64,000 bases of DNA from Botryllus schlosseri. Its lineage: Eukaryota. The stretch is taken from NCBI GenBank assembly GCA_051294905.1, contig CM119371.1, positions 30,196,001 through 30,260,000 of the forward strand, read 5' to 3'. The notes under the pieces were generated by a model. That model searched no databases. It saw nothing but the letters and a program-made list of their open reading frames with translations, and was not told the DNA's origin. Both the position numbers and the translations under genes were made by a program. Positions 62,977-64,000 of the stretch are shown piece after piece. Position 1 is the first letter of the stretch; each line of letters begins with the position of its first letter.

Positions 62977-64000
62977 TGAAATGAGCCTACAGCCGCAACA
63001 ACGAAATCATACTGCATGAACGAAAACGAAATTTTTCGCTTTCGCTAACATCCATTACACATGAGACAAGATTAGGCAATATATGCAATCAAATCTCGCA
63101 GCAATTTTTCGGTTTCCTTCACAGCGGATAAAGAAAACGCCCAGGGCTATCGCGCTGCGTTGCGTTGTGTCGCTTTGCGCGATGAAGTTTCATCGAAGAA
63201 AATGGCGGAAACCTTTCATCAACGTTTTATTAGGAGACCGCAACAAATAATGCAAAACCGCAGTTCATTTTCGGTGCTTCAAGACAATGCAGCCTGGTCA
63301 TTTCATCGGTCGGGTATAAAATACCGTTCATTACCCAATATATCTCATGCTTCAAACACGAAGTGAAACAGTTATCGCAAACGATAAAACGAACAGGTCT
63401 ACTCACATCACTTTATTCAGAAAGTTTGAAGCAGGAGCCTGAACGTGGTACGTATGGGTAGTTGTCAGCAGTGTGTTTGATTGAATCTAAGGCACTGATA
63501 GCCCATTTGCAGGTTATCGAGGATATTGATAGAAGGACGAGGATCGATCCACAATGAATCGGTTCCGTGACTTGAACAGGTTCGATTTTTCACGCCCGAT
63601 CGCCTTCACAGCCCGGTCACTATCATCCTATTCATATTGATTTCTCATTTGCCCTACATAATTTTCGATCTCTAGTTATAAAGATATTGCCGCGCGAACT
63701 TTACCGGTAATATTGTTGTTTTAGGTTTGCCGGATGTTTTGTGACTGTATTTTCATTAACACTTGTACACTAGATCGATTGTTATGATCCCGTATCTGCC
63801 GACTTATAGCACGGGGCACTTCTATGCTTTTTATGACACCGCTTACGCGGATGGGATAGCCATACTGGTAATGCAGCGGAACGTGTTTGACGTATAAAAC
63901 GGGGTAATAGTGCAGCTGAGCAGTGTGAGTTTTTAGTTTAAAATCGACTCTTTATCATTCTTGATGTCTCATGATTCGATTCTGGTTTTCCGAATAAAAT

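Overview
Eukaryotic, AT-rich, intron- and transposon-dense DNA from an animal. An invertebrate chordate such as an ascidian is plausible, but that is inference. About 50 kb (226-50264, minus strand) holds the 5' part of a neurobeachin-like BEACH-family gene (NBEAL1/NBEAL2 orthologue). I reconstructed it by hand as 38 GT-AG coding exons with consistent phases (4553 nt, about 1517 codons). It continues past the left edge, so the PH-BEACH-WD40 end is not in the window. The introns and the last 12 kb are full of non-autonomous hAT and Tc1/mariner-pogo MITEs, LINE, gypsy and SINE fragments, and degenerate tandem arrays. The most interesting signal is a dispersed family of short intronic repeats carrying a minimal type-I hammerhead ribozyme motif (ACCC-CUGACGA-stem II-GAAA-AUAU-UC-GGGU). 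A related motif with an AGCU palindromic loop sits in the 3' UTR of a Penelope-like GIY-YIG fragment at about 48.5-49 kb, linking the family to Penelope-like retroelements. Also notable are a 33-bp perfect-hairpin micro-transposon with an 8-bp TSD and a LINE split into three pieces that can be rejoined. All homology calls come from recalled protein motifs, not database searches.
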